Source: a virus
DNA: 64,000 nucleotides
Strand: one strand, 5' to 3'
Virus record (IMG/VR): IMGVR_UViG_3300027749_000039
Location: 32,001-96,000 of that record
A program made the position numbers and the translations under genes. Below the pieces are notes generated by a model, which did no database searches, was not told where the DNA came from, and saw only the letters and a list, made by a program, of their open reading frames with translations. How positions within the stretch are numbered: the first letter of the stretch is position 1; every line of letters starts with the position of its first letter. This document shows positions 38,767 to 47,998 of the stretch, piece after piece.

Positions 38767-38787
38767 TTTCTTTTTCTTTTTATATGA

Positions 38788-38818
38788 CAAAGATACTAAT
38801 TTTATATTGATTTTCAAA
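38788..38818 (-). promoter_or_regulatory. Bacteroidota-type promoter
   Basis: TTG-N20-TATCTTTG. Confidence 0.65.
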
Positions 38819-38841
38819 ATAAATAATTATTTTTAATTTTA

Positions 38842-39744
38842 TTATATATCTTTATTTTTCCTCTTTTCTAGTATTTTTTCTCTAGAAATTACGAATTTTA
38901 ACTTTTCATTTGGATTAGTATTGCCGTAAGCTACGGTGTTATTAATTCTTTGCTCTGATAATTTTACATATTCTTCATTAATATCTATACCAATGAAGTT
39001 TCTGTTATTCATTTTAGCCATTTTTAATGTTGTTCCAGAACCACACATTGGATCAAAAACTATATCACCTTCATTACTCCAACTTAAAATATGATCCTCA
39101 GCTAATGATTCTGGAAAGGAAGCTGGATGATTATATGATAATTTATCACCACCAAATCCTTTGCCATTATTTACATACCAAACATTATATCTAGTTCCAT
39201 ATTCTCCAACAGTAAATCCTTCTTTCATTTGTTTAATTGAACCATCTTTTTGCCTACTAGATGGTGTGCCAAATGTTTTTGTACCAGCCCATTTATTCGG
39301 TTTATCTTTAATAAGATTAACTGTATTTGGGCGTTTCCCTTTTAAAAAAACAAACATATACTCAAATACTTGATCATATCTACCTGTTTCATGATATGCG
39401 GCTCCATTTTTATGGTAAATCATAGTATCATATAATTTAAATCCAATTTCGATAAACTTCAATGCTTGGCGAAATGAATCACCAGATTCCCCACCATCGA
39501 CAACTTGGTCGTTAATAACCCAAACAACTATGCCACCATCTTTAGTAATTCTAAATAATTGTTTAACTATATCAATAAAGGGGAAAGAAAAATGTTCATC
39601 ATATTTAGTTTCGTCAATGACTCCTTTATATGAGCGAAGTGTGCCGTATGGTGGTGAGGTGACTGTTAAGTCAATTGAGTTGTCGGGTAGTGTTTTCATT
39701 ACATCGACATTATTTCCGTGTATTATATTATTTAATTCATTCAT
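38842..39744 (-). CDS. Beta-class amino DNA methyltransferase (probably N4-cytosine)
   Basis: DLTVTSPPY precedes DPMCGSGTT; HPASFPE. Confidence 0.9.
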   Translation of the reverse strand: MNELNNIIHGNNVDVMKTLPDNSIDLTVTSPPYGTLRSYKGVIDETKYDEHFSFPFIDIVKQLFRITKDGGIVVWVINDQVVDGGESGDSFRQALKFIEIGFKLYDTMIYHKNGAAYHETGRYDQVFEYMFVFLKGKRPNTVNLIKDKPNKWAGTKTFGTPSSRQKDGSIKQMKEGFTVGEYGTRYNVWYVNNGKGFGGDKLSYNHPASFPESLAEDHILSWSNEGDIVFDPMCGSGTTLKMAKMNNRNFIGIDINEEYVKLSEQRINNTVAYGNTNPNEKLKFVISREKILEKRKNKDI

Positions 39745-39766
39745 TAAAATTATATTAATGAATATA

Positions 39767-40261
39767 TTAAAGTTTTTTATACCAGAAATGAATATGTCTT
39801 ACAAAAGGGAAAGAACCTTTAACTAATTTTGTTTTAATCCCAAAAGGTCTTTCAAATAAAATCAAATCAAAATCTCCATTTCTTTTTTCAAAAAAATCAA
39901 CGAATAAATCATCAATATATCGAATAACTTCTTTTTGGTTTGTTCCTTCTTTAATCCAAATTATATTTTGTGCTACATCGGTTGGTAGCATATATGGAAA
40001 TTGATTTTCTAAAAATAAAAAATTAGAATTACCAAATTGAATTGTATTCATTAAAGTATCTTTATCTATTGAATGATACTTTTTCTGCATCTCATCTGTT
40101 TTAATAGGAACTAATTTTAAATCACGAATATCCATCTTTGCTTTAAGCAAGTCATCAAATGACTTAAAATCTTCTAGGAAAATAATAAATGGTTGTTCGT
40201 GTGTTTCTTTTTCTAAGATATATTGTGGTGTGAGTAAGTGTAATGCTATTGAATTTAACAT
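39767..40261 (-). CDS. Hypothetical protein, possibly DUF3605/HIT-like
   Basis: LENQFPY...IIW...RHIHFW. Confidence 0.4.
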   Translation of the reverse strand: MLNSIALHLLTPQYILEKETHEQPFIIFLEDFKSFDDLLKAKMDIRDLKLVPIKTDEMQKKYHSIDKDTLMNTIQFGNSNFLFLENQFPYMLPTDVAQNIIWIKEGTNQKEVIRYIDDLFVDFFEKRNGDFDLILFERPFGIKTKLVKGSFPFVRHIHFWYKKL

Positions 40262-40262
40262 T

Positions 40263-40592
40263 TTAATTTAATTTAATGACAATAAAGTGAAAATTTTTCC
40301 AATCTCCTTTTGTTTTTCTAACATGGTAAAAAGGATCTTTGTAAGTATTATAGTAAGTATTAGCTCTTTCCATTAAGTAATCTAAAAATGATTGTGCTTC
40401 TTCTTTTGTATTCCATATTTTAACATAATCAAGATTGTCATACCAATTAATAAACTTAATTTTTTCAGTAAATCCAATAAAATTGGACTTACTATTTATT
40501 TTTAAATCGTATTCTTCATCTAGAATTTCCGATATTCTAAAATCTCTTATTTCAGCTAATCTCTCGGCTACATAAATTGCATATTTATCCAT
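40263..40592 (-). CDS. Hypothetical protein
   Basis: 109-aa ORF with IRDFRISEILDEE motif. Confidence 0.6.
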   Translation of the reverse strand: MDKYAIYVAERLAEIRDFRISEILDEEYDLKINSKSNFIGFTEKIKFINWYDNLDYVKIWNTKEEAQSFLDYLMERANTYYNTYKDPFYHVRKTKGDWKNFHFIVIKLN

Positions 40593-40597
40593 AAAAT

Positions 40598-40643
40598 AAA
40601 AACTCTATTTTTATCTTATATTCATAAGTAAAAATAGAGTTTT
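40598..40643. terminator. Long AT-rich inverted repeat, probable terminator
   Basis: AAAACTCTATTTTTA...TAAAAATAGAGTTTT. Confidence 0.55.
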
Positions 40644-40648
40644 GTATA

Positions 40649-40963
40649 TTAATCATTTAATATGTCGTCTATGCGTTGTTCCCGCTGTTTAGATAGTAAA
40701 TGCTTTCTAAAAATAGTATCCTTAGTTATTACTATTTCATATATTTTTTGAAACAATTCATCATATGTTTCAAAATATTCAGGCCATAAATCATCAGGTG
40801 AATTGCCAGTTTTGTCATAGATGTTAATTTCATCATACCAAATAAGACAAAATTTTTCATAATGGAAAGTTTTACCAAACCCTTTATCAGCTATAGTGAT
40901 ATAATTACCAGGGTAATTCTCTTTTAAATGCTGATAAACTATTTCTACATCAAATTTTTCCAT
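40649..40963 (-). CDS. Hypothetical protein
   Basis: Start MEKFDVE; ends REQRIDDILND. Confidence 0.6.
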   Translation of the reverse strand: MEKFDVEIVYQHLKENYPGNYITIADKGFGKTFHYEKFCLIWYDEINIYDKTGNSPDDLWPEYFETYDELFQKIYEIVITKDTIFRKHLLSKQREQRIDDILND

Positions 40964-41102
40964 TATTTTTAAAAAGTATTTGTGACATAACAATTGTTAT
41001 TATAATTAAACCTAGCATCCATGCTGGGACTATGTATATTACTATTGCGAGTTGCATTAGTAATAAAATATAAAATACACTAATTAAAATATATTTTCGC
41101 AT
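40950..41102 (-). CDS. Small two-TM membrane protein (50 aa)
   Basis: MRKYILISVFYILLLMQLAIVIYIVPAW..., fills the gap after aspS. Confidence 0.5.
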   Translation of the reverse strand: MRKYILISVFYILLLMQLAIVIYIVPAWMLGLIIITIVMSQILFKNNGKI

Positions 41103-41103
41103 T

Positions 41104-42600
41104 TTAATGTATAAACTTTTCTCTTGTTCTCGGTATTAAAGAAGCTTCATCAGCAACCTGTAAGTTAAGCATTTGTTTTAAAAGTCTTTCGACTCCTAAT
41201 CCCATACCACCATGAGGTGGCATACCAAACTTAAATGGCATCAAATAACTTTCAAAGCTTTCTGGATTTAAACCTTTGCTTTTAATACTTTCGACTAATT
41301 GTTCGTAATTGTGAATACGTTGTCCACCTGAGGTTATTTCCATACCTTTATAAAGTAATTCAAATGTTTCTGAGTCAACACCATTTTCAGATGGCATAGC
41401 GTAAAAAGGTCTTTCGGATAATGGATATTTAGTTATAAATACAAAATCTGATTCATGTTTTGCTTTAACATATTCACAAATTAACTTTTCAGCTTCGGTA
41501 TTTAACCCGATACCTGGTAATTCGTACCCAAATTCAGTTTTAATTATTTCAACTGCTTCATTATAGGTAATTCTTGGAAAAGGTTTAAAGAATTTTAAAT
41601 TTAACCAAGGTTTAAAGTCTATGTTTAAGTATGTTAATTCTTTAGCACATGTTTCATGCACTTTTCTAAAGATGAAGTTTAAAACTCCTTCTTCTATATC
41701 CATAACTTCTTCAACTGAATTAATAAATCCCATTTCAAAGTCAACCCCAATAAATTCGGTAAGATGTTTATTAGTATTTGAACCTTCCGCACGATAAACT
41801 TTACCTACTTCAAAAACTCGTTCAAATACACCAACCATCATTTGTTTATAAAACTGAGGACTCTGTGTTAAAAACATTGGTTGTCCAAAGTAATCAATTT
41901 CAAACATATCAGAGCCACCTTCTAATCCGGCTGCTGAAAGTTTTGTAGAATTAATTTCAGTGAACCCATTTCCTTTTAAATACATTCTATAAGCATTAAT
42001 AACTTCAGATTGTATTTTAAATATACACCTTTCTTTTTCTTTACGCAAAGTTAAAGGTCTAAAAATATTTAGAGTATTAAAAGGTGGTAAACCTTCTTCC
42101 CTAGATATAGGGAAAGGCAAAACTTCGGCATTTGAAATTACATTAAGCGATTCCGCCATAATTTCTACTGTAAAGTCTTTAGATTGATTCGCTTCTTTAA
42201 CTATACCAACAAGTTCAACAACAGATTCTGATAACAAAGACCCAGAAACTTCTTTTGGAACAACAACTTGGCAATATCCAGTTCTATCTCTTAGTATAAG
42301 AAATGACATCTTCTTTAATTCTCTCCAATTAGAGACCCATCCTTTAATAAGGACTTTTTTGCCTATTTTATTAGGTAATTCGCTAACTAAAGTTCTTTCT
42401 AAGATTGGTTCTTCCCAAGCTTTGATTTCAACATGATCAGGCATAATATTATCTGAGCCATCAATAGCCCAAATCAAAGTAATTTTCTCATTATTTACTT
42501 TATATACTTCTCCTGTTATATGTAGTGTATCGAATAATTCGATAGGTTTTAAGTTTCTTGTTAGTTCATACCAATAATGTATGTCAATTACCATGCTCAT
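41104..42600 (-). CDS. aspS: Aspartyl-tRNA synthetase (non-discriminating/archaeal type) with N-terminal extension
   Basis: IKGWV...LRDRTG OB fold, LTQSPQFYKQ, YRAEGS, EITSGGQR, GMPPHGGMGLGVER. Confidence 0.92.
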   Translation of the reverse strand: MSMVIDIHYWYELTRNLKPIELFDTLHITGEVYKVNNEKITLIWAIDGSDNIMPDHVEIKAWEEPILERTLVSELPNKIGKKVLIKGWVSNWRELKKMSFLILRDRTGYCQVVVPKEVSGSLLSESVVELVGIVKEANQSKDFTVEIMAESLNVISNAEVLPFPISREEGLPPFNTLNIFRPLTLRKEKERCIFKIQSEVINAYRMYLKGNGFTEINSTKLSAAGLEGGSDMFEIDYFGQPMFLTQSPQFYKQMMVGVFERVFEVGKVYRAEGSNTNKHLTEFIGVDFEMGFINSVEEVMDIEEGVLNFIFRKVHETCAKELTYLNIDFKPWLNLKFFKPFPRITYNEAVEIIKTEFGYELPGIGLNTEAEKLICEYVKAKHESDFVFITKYPLSERPFYAMPSENGVDSETFELLYKGMEITSGGQRIHNYEQLVESIKSKGLNPESFESYLMPFKFGMPPHGGMGLGVERLLKQMLNLQVADEASLIPRTREKFIH

Positions 42601-42616
42601 ATTTTTATCAATTTAA

Positions 42617-43087
42617 TTATAATGATATATTAAGTATTTCTAATTCTAGTTCGCCATTGGGTGTTGTTACTTTAACAACATCGCCAATTTCTTTACCGAT
42701 TAAAGCTTGTGCTACTGGGCTATTAACTGAAATTCTACCTTCTTTTATATTTGTTTCTAGGTGTGGAACTATTGTGTAGTTCAATTCTTTGTTTAGTTTC
42801 TTATTTTTTAAAGCAACTGTAGTGAGAATTTGCACACTATCGGTATTAACTAATTCTTGATTAATAACAACCGAATTAGTCAATATTTCTGTTAATTTTT
42901 GAATTCTATTATTTACTGTTTCGTATTTTTCTTTAGCTGCATCATATTCAGCATTTTCGGATAAATCACCTTTATCACGAGCTTCAGCAATAGCTTCAAT
43001 ACATTCCTTAACTTCAACATATTTAAGGTGATGTATTTCAGCTTGTAGTTTTTCTATTCCGTCCTTTGTTAAGAGTGTTTTAGACAT
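42617..43087 (-). CDS. greA: Transcription elongation factor GreA
   Basis: ARDKGDLSENAEYDAAK, ISVNSPVAQALIGK. Confidence 0.95.
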   Translation of the reverse strand: MSKTLLTKDGIEKLQAEIHHLKYVEVKECIEAIAEARDKGDLSENAEYDAAKEKYETVNNRIQKLTEILTNSVVINQELVNTDSVQILTTVALKNKKLNKELNYTIVPHLETNIKEGRISVNSPVAQALIGKEIGDVVKVTTPNGELELEILNISL

Positions 43088-43322
43088 AATTTATGGTTAT
43101 AGTTTTATTATTAGCGTGTTCTTGGCACCAAGATTGTGCTAATTCAATTGTTTGAAAAAACATTGGTGTTGTTCTTATTTTATTACTTAGATGCAAGGCA
43201 TATTTTTCATCTCCTTTCATTTTGGTAATAAAATATTTATCAGTTTGTGATATTTCGCCTATCATTTGGAAGAATGCTGCATATTCAGTGGCATTACTTC
43301 TCCAGTTAATTTTATTTTTCAT
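43080..43322 (-). CDS. Hypothetical protein
   Basis: 80-aa ORF overlapping the greA start. Confidence 0.55.
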   Translation of the reverse strand: MKNKINWRSNATEYAAFFQMIGEISQTDKYFITKMKGDEKYALHLSNKIRTTPMFFQTIELAQSWCQEHANNKTITINYV

Positions 43323-43337
43323 AGCATGTATATAAGA

Positions 43338-43380
43338 ATAAAATTAAAAGTTGAGTAATTAACTCAACTTTTAATTTTAT
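43338..43380. terminator. Inverted repeat, probable terminator
   Basis: ATAAAATTAAAAGTTGAGT-AATTA-ACTCAACTTTTAATTTTAT. Confidence 0.6.
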
Positions 43381-43441
43381 TCTTTAGTGATACTCATCTT
43401 CTAAAAGATCGTCAACATCATGATATATATAATACTACTTA

Positions 43442-43846
43442 TTACTCATATACTATAACTGTCTTTGGGACAGCATGAACTTCGCATAAGTTGCCTTGTA
43501 TTTCTAACCCGTCGTAGGACGAGTAATAACCAGCTAGTTTAATATAAACATTATGATCAACAAAATGTCTAACGATATGCCATTCCATGCCATAGGCACC
43601 ATCTTGTAGTTCGGCATAACCACCTTCTTGTTCTACAATTACAATTTTACCAAGACCTTCAATTGTAATTTCCTTATTATCTTCTGATAATTTTTTAATA
43701 AGGGTTTCGTCAATTTGCTCGGCACTTTCACCATCTGCATCATCATCGTCATGATCACCTTCATATTCATCAAATTCTACGCCGGAAAACATTTGTTTGC
43801 TAATGCCGAGACGTTTCATTTCGTCTAAAATTTCTTTAAAATTCAT
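43442..43846 (-). CDS. Hypothetical phage protein (paralog of 43872-44180)
   Basis: EQEGG...HNVYIKLAGYYSSYDG...V.Y shared with neighbour. Confidence 0.65.
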   Translation of the reverse strand: MNFKEILDEMKRLGISKQMFSGVEFDEYEGDHDDDDADGESAEQIDETLIKKLSEDNKEITIEGLGKIVIVEQEGGYAELQDGAYGMEWHIVRHFVDHNVYIKLAGYYSSYDGLEIQGNLCEVHAVPKTVIVYE

Positions 43847-43871
43847 ACGTTTTTTTATTATAGATTAAAAA

Positions 43872-44180
43872 TTACTTTTTTGGTAAATATTCAGTTTTAG
43901 TCACCTGAGTTGGGAAAACTTCTTCATATTCGGAATTATAAAAATCCGGTCCTCCGTATGAAGAATAATATGCATCAACACGTATATATACATCATGTTC
44001 TTTGAAATATCTTACACTATACCATGTAGAGCCTTGATCTTCACCACCATAACTATCAATTTCTTCTGATTCGCCTAAGCCAAGTTCTTCGGTAGTGATG
44101 TCATCACAAGCGAATTCACTAATTTCTACGTTTGCTTCGTTGAGTTTATCAACAATTTCTTTAAATGTTAATTTTGCCAT
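43872..44180 (-). CDS. Hypothetical phage protein (paralog of 43442-43846)
   Basis: GGEDQG...HDVYIRVDAYYSSYGG. Confidence 0.65.
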   Translation of the reverse strand: MAKLTFKEIVDKLNEANVEISEFACDDITTEELGLGESEEIDSYGGEDQGSTWYSVRYFKEHDVYIRVDAYYSSYGGPDFYNSEYEEVFPTQVTKTEYLPKK

Positions 44181-44961
44181 TTTTTTTGTTTTTATTTTTT
44201 GTTTTCAAATAACCTTTTTCGTCTATTTTTGACTCGATAAGTTCAACATAATTAATTTTACACCTTTGCATTATCCGATAATTTTGAATTATAAATAATG
44301 CTTCCCACATTGGAGCATGATTGATTATAAATTTTCTTAGCATCCAATTATAAGCTACACGATAATCACGATTGTATAGTCTTTCAAAAGCCATTACATA
44401 TATTTCTTCTCTAGCTAAGTCTAATTTTTCATCAAACGTGAGTTTGTTAAACTTTTCCTCGCTTACATCAACATCAGCTCCGTCTTTCAATACTTTAAGA
44501 TAAAGTGGTGTTGTATTTATATATGTGTGTAAAACGTCATGATCATATGTTGTTAAGGCATTATTGAAAAAATCTTTTGATGCCATATCTAAAACAGACC
44601 TTTTATTTTCGCCATGAAAATCATTCCAGTAAGCGTATAATTCGTCAAATAAAGGACGAATTAGTTTTGCGCCATGTTCTTGTAAAAACACGATGTCATA
44701 CATATGTTTTGACCAGAAAATATCCCAGAAAATATGACTTACTTTTAAGGTATATAAAACATCAGCACTTACGCCTTGTTTAATGTTTTCTGTTATATAC
44801 TTGAATAATACAGGATTTTCGTGATATTCATAAATTGTATTATCTATGTGTTCTGTTGGTAGTTTTTTCTCAACAAGAAAATCAAAATCTTTTGGTTCTC
44901 TTGTGAAGTCTGGAAATATACTTTTTATAGCACGACTACCAATTAGAAATTTTGCGCTCAT
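44161..44961 (-). CDS. Conserved phage protein, nucleotidyltransferase-like N-terminus
   Basis: LIGSRA...PKDFD (GS, DxD); YDHDVLH. Confidence 0.5.
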   Translation of the reverse strand: MSAKFLIGSRAIKSIFPDFTREPKDFDFLVEKKLPTEHIDNTIYEYHENPVLFKYITENIKQGVSADVLYTLKVSHIFWDIFWSKHMYDIVFLQEHGAKLIRPLFDELYAYWNDFHGENKRSVLDMASKDFFNNALTTYDHDVLHTYINTTPLYLKVLKDGADVDVSEEKFNKLTFDEKLDLAREEIYVMAFERLYNRDYRVAYNWMLRKFIINHAPMWEALFIIQNYRIMQRCKINYVELIESKIDEKGYLKTKNKNKKNGKINI

Positions 44962-44979
44962 TACTTATGATTTAGATTA

Positions 44980-45009
44980 CAAAGATACAATAATTTTTGA
45001 TAAACACAA
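44980..45009 (-). promoter_or_regulatory. Bacteroidota-type promoter
   Basis: TTG-N19-TATCTTTG. Confidence 0.75.
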
Positions 45010-45016
45010 AACTTTT

Positions 45017-45658
45017 TTAGATATTATTTTTAACAACTTGTGTGTCTAAAATATCATTAAATGTTTTAATAAATACATCTTCAATAGCTTTTTCACCGGC
45101 TGGATTTATTTCCCTTGTGCCTATTCCAGCAAAATTTGCGGCTTGAATTTTTGGTGTATCTTTTAATTTGATAAAATCATCAATTATATAAGACCATTTA
45201 AACCAAACTTCTTTCTTTTGGTCAAAAACATAGACAGTTTTACCAGCCTGTATTCCCATTTGAACAGCATAACCTGTGCCACCATCAACAGATGGTGATT
45301 TACAACTAACAACATAACCACTTTTAGAAGTATCGCCTTCTTTAACAATTCTACCGATAGCAAAAATTTCCTCGGAGTATTTTACTTGAGCCCAGTTCCT
45401 AGCTAATAAACTCATATGTTTATCTATACTTTTTCTACCGAGAACTTTATTAGCTTTTTTTATTTTTTCAATACCTTCTTTATAGTCTTCTTCGGATATT
45501 TCTATTTTAGAAATAGTTTTATGACTTTTAGTTTTGTGAGACCAAGCCTTAACTTGTATTCCATACAAGATACAAAATGATTCCCATAGTGTATCTGAAC
45601 CACTAGCACCGCCGCTATGGCATATTATTTCTTCTGGTTTAAAGTTAAAAATGTCCAT
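45017..45658 (-). CDS. SLOG-superfamily (DprA/YspA-like) protein
   Basis: CHSGGASGSD, DGGTGYAV, FAGIGTR. Confidence 0.6.
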   Translation of the reverse strand: MDIFNFKPEEIICHSGGASGSDTLWESFCILYGIQVKAWSHKTKSHKTISKIEISEEDYKEGIEKIKKANKVLGRKSIDKHMSLLARNWAQVKYSEEIFAIGRIVKEGDTSKSGYVVSCKSPSVDGGTGYAVQMGIQAGKTVYVFDQKKEVWFKWSYIIDDFIKLKDTPKIQAANFAGIGTREINPAGEKAIEDVFIKTFNDILDTQVVKNNI

Positions 45659-46245
45659 TATTGTGGATTTTTAACTACATGATGGTCTAACTCAGAAATT
45701 TCTTTCTTAGCCATTATATCATTAATTTCTGTTATTGAAAATGGACGATATTTCTTATACAATCTATAGGCAGTATCTATACCGACATCCATAGATTTTC
45801 CAAAATCAGGAATAGAATCATGGCTATGTCCATAAAGATGGATTGTTCCGTGATGTGACGCAGGCCAAACTCTATGAGAGTAGTGTGATATAAAATAATT
45901 TTGACCGTTTATAGTAAAAAAATCAACATCTTTACAACTACTAAATAAATTTTGGTATTCTTCGTTTAATCTTATTTCATCATCATGGTTGCCGTATAAA
46001 AAATTTATATTTTGGCAATTAATTCGCCATCTCAATTCTGGTATTTTCTTTGGATCCCCAAAGGCAAAATCACCTAAAAAATAGAGTGTATCATCAAATT
46101 TTACATATTCATTAATCGTATTAATGATAGTATCATTCATTTCAGGTATAGAGTTAAAATCTCTATAACCTGATTTCCAACGGGATATTTTTGGACCGGC
46201 AATATTCTTATGATTGAAATGCGTGTCTGATGTAAAGTATATCAT
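45658..46245 (-). CDS. Calcineurin-like metallophosphoesterase
   Basis: FTSDTHFNH, FLGDF, GNHD, HLYGHSH. Confidence 0.9.
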   Translation of the reverse strand: MIYFTSDTHFNHKNIAGPKISRWKSGYRDFNSIPEMNDTIINTINEYVKFDDTLYFLGDFAFGDPKKIPELRWRINCQNINFLYGNHDDEIRLNEEYQNLFSSCKDVDFFTINGQNYFISHYSHRVWPASHHGTIHLYGHSHDSIPDFGKSMDVGIDTAYRLYKKYRPFSITEINDIMAKKEISELDHHVVKNPQ

Positions 46246-46276
46246 TTTCTTTTTTCTTTATTTATAATGTTCTTAA

Positions 46277-46307
46277 CAAAAATACAAAGTTTTTCACAGA
46301 CAGACAA
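46277..46307 (-). promoter_or_regulatory. Bacteroidota-type promoter
   Basis: TTG-N20-TATTTTTG. Confidence 0.6.
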
Positions 46308-46467
46308 ATATATTTTTAATATATAAAATAAAAATAAATATTATGAAATGGACTGAACAAGAAATATGTATTTGTTTTCTAAACATAATTTTATTATTTG
46401 TGTAAAAATACACTAAATTTATTAGTTGACAAAATTATTTCGAAGATTATTATTTAATATATAACTT

Positions 46468-46845
46468 ATGAAATATTTAATAAATTTTAAGACTTTTGAA
46501 ACAGTTGGTTTTGGTGATTCGGTGACTGGTATTGGTGCTGATGAAGGCACATTTGATCATACTAATAGTCCTGTCACAAGGCAACATGCTGAGGCTTTTG
46601 TTGATGATTTAATCAAATCACAAGAAAAGTTCCTGTTCAAAGAACTTGGAATTAAAAAACCAAAATTAGATGGTGCCGAATTAGATAGTTTTTATGATCA
46701 AATTAGAGATAAGGCAATTAAATATTTTACAAAACATCCTCATAGAATGATTAATACTAATGAAATGGATGTAAAGGGTATACCTGTCACTAATGGTGCT
46801 ATAAATGATGTAAATGTTATTCCGAAAGTCACACACGGACATTAA
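46468..46845 (+). CDS. Hypothetical protein, candidate internal virion protein
   Basis: MKYLINFKTFE; TAATATATA 4 nt upstream. Confidence 0.65.
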   Translation: MKYLINFKTFETVGFGDSVTGIGADEGTFDHTNSPVTRQHAEAFVDDLIKSQEKFLFKELGIKKPKLDGAELDSFYDQIRDKAIKYFTKHPHRMINTNEMDVKGIPVTNGAINDVNVIPKVTHGH

Positions 46846-47873
46846 TTTAAAAAAGGAGTGAGAATTTTATCAATATCATTAATTTCATTGTATTTTATTC
46901 TAATTAAATTAATATAATTATCCTCGCAATAATCATTTTTTATTTCATCATTTGTTTTTAACTTCTCGAAAGCTTCTTGTCCACCGAAAAAATCTAATGG
47001 TTCATGATGTTGAATTCCATCAAATTCTATACACATTCTTTTACTAGGTATATAGAAATCAAAAGGTAACTCATATACATTTTTACACCCGCTAAATTTT
47101 TTTTGTCTATCAAAATTAATTTTTAATTTATTTAATAATTTAGCGATAGCTTTTTCACCCTTTGATTCTTTGCAGTAGGGACAACCTCTTCCTCTTAGAT
47201 GGCTATTAGGTAGTTGCTCAAATTCTCCATGTATTTGACATTCTATAATGACTTTTTCTCTATCCGTTTTATATATGGTTTTTGCATAATCAAATATAAA
47301 ATCATGTATTTGATTGGATTCAATTATGAATTGATCTGTGTTCTTCTTTTTATTTAATCTTTCTGGGGCATATTTTAAATGATTATGTGCAGTTTGTTCA
47401 TAAATAATTTCATTTAAAATAATTTTTATTTTAGTATTGGCTGTTTTAAAATTAACTAATGAATAATCATATTTATTGCCCCATCTTTTATGTGCTTTTT
47501 GTAAAAAAACATCTTGATCTAAATATCCTTCAACTGGATATTTTAAGTGGCTACCAGGTAATTGTTCATAAATAATTCCGTCGTGTATTATTTTTATTTT
47601 AGTTCTAGCATCAATATATTTTGTTAGCGAATAGTTATATTTATCGCCCCATATTTCCTTACTATCTTCTATGAATGAATTATTTTCTTTAATACTTGTT
47701 TTCTTTTCTGGACAATTTCCTTTAAGATGTTTAACAACTCTCTGTCTATATATTTGGGTTTTATATTCAAGTTCTATATAATCCATTTGCATAATTATAT
47801 TGGGTAGATTAGTATAATTATATTTATAACCATGTTTTTTTCTTGCCTTTTCTAAAAATACTGTTTTTGTCAT
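46842..47873 (-). CDS. Homing endonuclease-like protein (DUF723-like repeats plus Vsr/DUF559 nuclease)
   Basis: Repeated KYDYSLV-Y...KIKII units, CPYCKESKGE, LPFDFY, IEFDGIQH. Confidence 0.75.
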   Translation of the reverse strand: MTKTVFLEKARKKHGYKYNYTNLPNIIMQMDYIELEYKTQIYRQRVVKHLKGNCPEKKTSIKENNSFIEDSKEIWGDKYNYSLTKYIDARTKIKIIHDGIIYEQLPGSHLKYPVEGYLDQDVFLQKAHKRWGNKYDYSLVNFKTANTKIKIILNEIIYEQTAHNHLKYAPERLNKKKNTDQFIIESNQIHDFIFDYAKTIYKTDREKVIIECQIHGEFEQLPNSHLRGRGCPYCKESKGEKAIAKLLNKLKINFDRQKKFSGCKNVYELPFDFYIPSKRMCIEFDGIQHHEPLDFFGGQEAFEKLKTNDEIKNDYCEDNYINLIRIKYNEINDIDKILTPFLN

Positions 47874-47998
47874 AAGGTATATATAAAAAAACAAATCTCT
47901 TGTTGGATATATATGATATGATTTTTTAATTTGATGTAAATATTTTAAACCACGGAACTTTTTTATAATATATATAATATAAAAAATGATTAATTAAG

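Noticed and set aside
43381-43441. Tiny ORF with internal TAG (ATG ATG TTG ACG ATC TTT TAG) on the minus strand
   Set aside because: Only 14 codons even with readthrough; another frame looks like a gene remnant (YHDVDDLLEDEYH)
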